From: Hyphomicrobiales bacterium
GTDB lineage: Bacteria > Pseudomonadota > Alphaproteobacteria > Rhizobiales > Devosiaceae
DNA length: 27,641 nt
Direction of reading: 5' to 3'
Assembly (NCBI GenBank): GCA_027082895.1
Contig: JALWTJ010000112.1
Location: 1-27,641 of the forward strand
Part shown: piece by piece, positions 25,636 through 27,641 of the stretch
How the letters are laid out: the number at the start of each line of letters is the position of its first letter
Numbering within the stretch: position 1 is the stretch's first letter
The notes under the pieces: model-generated
Databases searched by the model: none
What the model saw: only the letters and a program-made list of their open reading frames with translations
What the model was told of the DNA's origin: nothing
Position numbers and translations under genes: made by a program

Positions 25636-27000
25636 TCAGGCCCGCTCGAACCCCCGGGCAACCTCGTAGTCGGTTACCACGCGGGCAAATTCCTCCTGTT
25701 CCCAGGTCGCCGCCCGGTAATAATGGTCGATTACATCATCCCCCATCGCTTCGCGCAGCATGGTTGACCCGTTAAGGGCATCTCCTGCATCGCGCAGGTT
25801 GGAAGGGATATGGTCCGTGTTTTCGGCGCGATAGGCGTCCCCCTTCAGGGCTGGCGCCAACTCCCGCTTTTCCTCGATTCCCTTCAGACCTGCCGCCAGC
25901 TGGGCGGCCATGGCCAGATAGGGGTTCATGTCGGCCCCCCCGATCCGGCATTCGATACGCACGGCCTTGGTGTTTTCCCCGCACAGGCGGAAGCCCGCCG
26001 TCCGGTTGTCGATGCTCCATGCACTGCCGGTGGGGGCAAAGCTGCCCTTCTGGAACCGCTTGTAGCTGTTGATATAGGGCGCGAGGAAATAGGTGAACTC
26101 GGGGGCATAATGGATCAGCCCGGCCACATAGCGCGCCATGGTCTGGGACATGCCATGGGGGCGATCCGGGTCAAAGAACAGGGGCGTGCCGTTGCGCCAC
26201 AGGGATTGATGCACATGGCTTGCGCTGCCCACACGGTCCTGATGCCACTTGGGCAGGAAGGTCACCGCGTGCCCCTGCTGCCAGGCAATTTCCTTGATGC
26301 CATGCTTGGCAATGGTGTGGTTGTCCGCGCATTCCATCGGCGCGCCATAGCGGATGTTCAATTCTTCCTGCCCGGCTTCCGCCTCCCCCTTGGAGCCTTC
26401 GACCGGCACCCCGGCGCCCAGCAGTTCGTTGCGCACCCGGCGCATGATATGCTCTTCCTTGGTGGTCTGCAGGATGTGGTAATCCTCGTTATAGGCGCTG
26501 ATCGGCTTCAGGTCGCGAAAACCTTCGGCGCGGATTTCGTCAAAGGATTTCGCAAAAATGAAGAATTCCAGTTCGGTCGCCATCATGGCGTCCATTCCCA
26601 TGTCTTCGAGCCGCCCCAACTGATGCTTCAGCACCGCACGCGGGGAATGGGCAACCGGCTCATGGCTGTGATGGTCCAGCACGTCACACAGCACCATTGC
26701 CGTGCCCTCCAGCCAGGGGATCAGCCGCAGGGTGGAAAGGTCGGGCTTCATGACATAGTCGCCATACCCTCTTTCCCAGCTCGTGCTTGCATACCCGTCC
26801 GGCGTCGCCATCTCCAGGTCGGTGGCCAGCAGGTAGTTGCAGCAATGGGTTTCTTCCCAGGCGCCATCAATGAAATATTTCGCAACCATGCGCTTGCCCA
26901 TCAGGCGGCCCTGCATGTCCACCATCACCGCAAGGACGGTATCGATTTCGCCTTCAACCACCTTCTTCTTCAAGGCGTCAAACGTTAGATTTCCAGCCAT
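25636..27000 (-). CDS. Glutamine synthetase-like gamma-glutamyl-amine ligase (candidate ethanolamine gamma-glutamylase)
   Basis: GS fold motifs DMQGRLMGKR, TELEFF, EAEAGQEE, HVHQSL, NRTAGFR, RIECR; GSFAP replaces the GYEAP flap of true GSI; AAAGGA RBS. Confidence 0.88.
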   Translation of the reverse strand: MAGNLTFDALKKKVVEGEIDTVLAVMVDMQGRLMGKRMVAKYFIDGAWEETHCCNYLLATDLEMATPDGYASTSWERGYGDYVMKPDLSTLRLIPWLEGTAMVLCDVLDHHSHEPVAHSPRAVLKHQLGRLEDMGMDAMMATELEFFIFAKSFDEIRAEGFRDLKPISAYNEDYHILQTTKEEHIMRRVRNELLGAGVPVEGSKGEAEAGQEELNIRYGAPMECADNHTIAKHGIKEIAWQQGHAVTFLPKWHQDRVGSASHVHQSLWRNGTPLFFDPDRPHGMSQTMARYVAGLIHYAPEFTYFLAPYINSYKRFQKGSFAPTGSAWSIDNRTAGFRLCGENTKAVRIECRIGGADMNPYLAMAAQLAAGLKGIEEKRELAPALKGDAYRAENTDHIPSNLRDAGDALNGSTMLREAMGDDVIDHYYRAATWEQEEFARVVTDYEVARGFERA

Positions 27001-27027
27001 TCGGAATTTCCTTTGTGCAAAGGGAAG

Positions 27028-27052
27028 CCCCGGCGATATCCCGTCGCCGAGG
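27028..27052 (-). terminator. Stem-loop downstream of the TRAP SBP gene
   Basis: Minus strand CCTCGGCGA-N7-TCGCCGGGG followed by CTTCCCTTT. Confidence 0.45.
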
Positions 27053-27117
27053 CAGTTTTCATGTCTTTGGCTTGCCCCAACATTTCCACCGGGGCAAGCA
27101 CTATTTCACGCGCGGCG

Positions 27118-27641
27118 TCAGCAGCTGTAGCGGTAGGGACGGCCCGCTTCCACCATGGTCGCATTGTAGTCCCGGATGATGTTCACCACCTTGGCCTTGA
27201 GTTCGGACTGCGAAGCGATGTCGTCCCAGAACTTGTGGGCCGCTTCTTCCACCTTGCCCCATTCGGCATCGGGAATGGTGGTCAGCTTCAGCTTGTTTTC
27301 CTTCACCCGGAGCCGTGCTTCACCACCCCAGTACCACCACTGACGATGGTAATGGCTGTCGTTCATGCACACCTGAAGCAGCTGCTTCATGTTGTCCGGC
27401 AACTCGTTCCAGCGATCCATGTTGGAGAAGAAATGCCCGATCCAGGCGCCCGAAATGTTGTTGGTCAGGAAATAGTCGGTCACATCGGCCCAGCCGGAGG
27501 TGTAATCCTCGGTAATGCCGGACCAGGCCAGCCCGTCAAGCTCGCCCGTCTGCAGGGCCACTTCCGCATCTTCCCACGGAATGGTCACCGGCACCACGCC
27601 GAACTGTTCCATGAACCGCCCCGCGGTGGGGAAGGTGAAGA
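27118..27641 (-). CDS. dctP: TRAP transporter substrate-binding protein (DctP family), C-terminal part only; ethanolamine-binding type
   Basis: Frame stays open to the right edge: FTFPTAGRFMEQFGVVPVTIPWED...QTGELDG...AGRPYRYSC. Phe in place of the carboxylate-binding Arg region and the GS/ALDH/ADH context fit the amine-binding TRAP subgroup. Confidence 0.85.
   Translation of the reverse strand, partial: FTFPTAGRFMEQFGVVPVTIPWEDAEVALQTGELDGLAWSGITEDYTSGWADVTDYFLTNNISGAWIGHFFSNMDRWNELPDNMKQLLQVCMNDSHYHRQWWYWGGEARLRVKENKLKLTTIPDAEWGKVEEAAHKFWDDIASQSELKAKVVNIIRDYNATMVEAGRPYRYSC

Noticed and set aside
22567-26988. Long plus-strand ORFs 22567-24096, 24393-25775 and 25810-26988
   Set aside because: Shadows of Fe-ADH, ALDH and the GS-like gene, which carry clear catalytic motifs on the minus strand.
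25636-27000. Canonical glutamine synthetase glnA
   Set aside because: Lacks the GYEAP flap and sits in a TRAP/ALDH/ADH catabolic context typical of gamma-glutamyl-amine ligases.

Overview
GC-rich alphaproteobacterial catabolic region. No rRNA, tRNA, IS element or CRISPR array was seen. Left to right: (i) a partial ROK repressor (FrcR-like) divergent from a fructose-type ABC operon frcBCA; (ii) an orphan secreted protein and a secreted spondin-like protein with a Met-rich MxxDx repeat, divergent from an OmpR/BaeS-type two-component pair; (iii) LysR plus phnW-phnX for 2-aminoethylphosphonate (2-AEP) breakdown; (iv) Na/Pi cotransporter, DeoR regulator and a divergent cytoplasmic phosphonate monoester hydrolase (PMH)-family enzyme; (v) a five-gene family-5 (Opp/Dpp-type) ABC importer with a sugar-subgroup-like binding protein; (vi) EamA transporter, Fe-ADH, ALDH, GS-like gamma-glutamyl ligase and a partial TRAP SBP, matching the gamma-glutamyl ethanolamine pathway. 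The main hypothesis (inference) is that blocks iii-vi form one locus that imports and cleaves esters of 2-AEP or phosphoethanolamine and burns both the C-P and C-O-P head groups. A second candidate novel module is the Met-rich spondin protein with its two-component system. All family calls come from motif recognition by eye; no searches were run.
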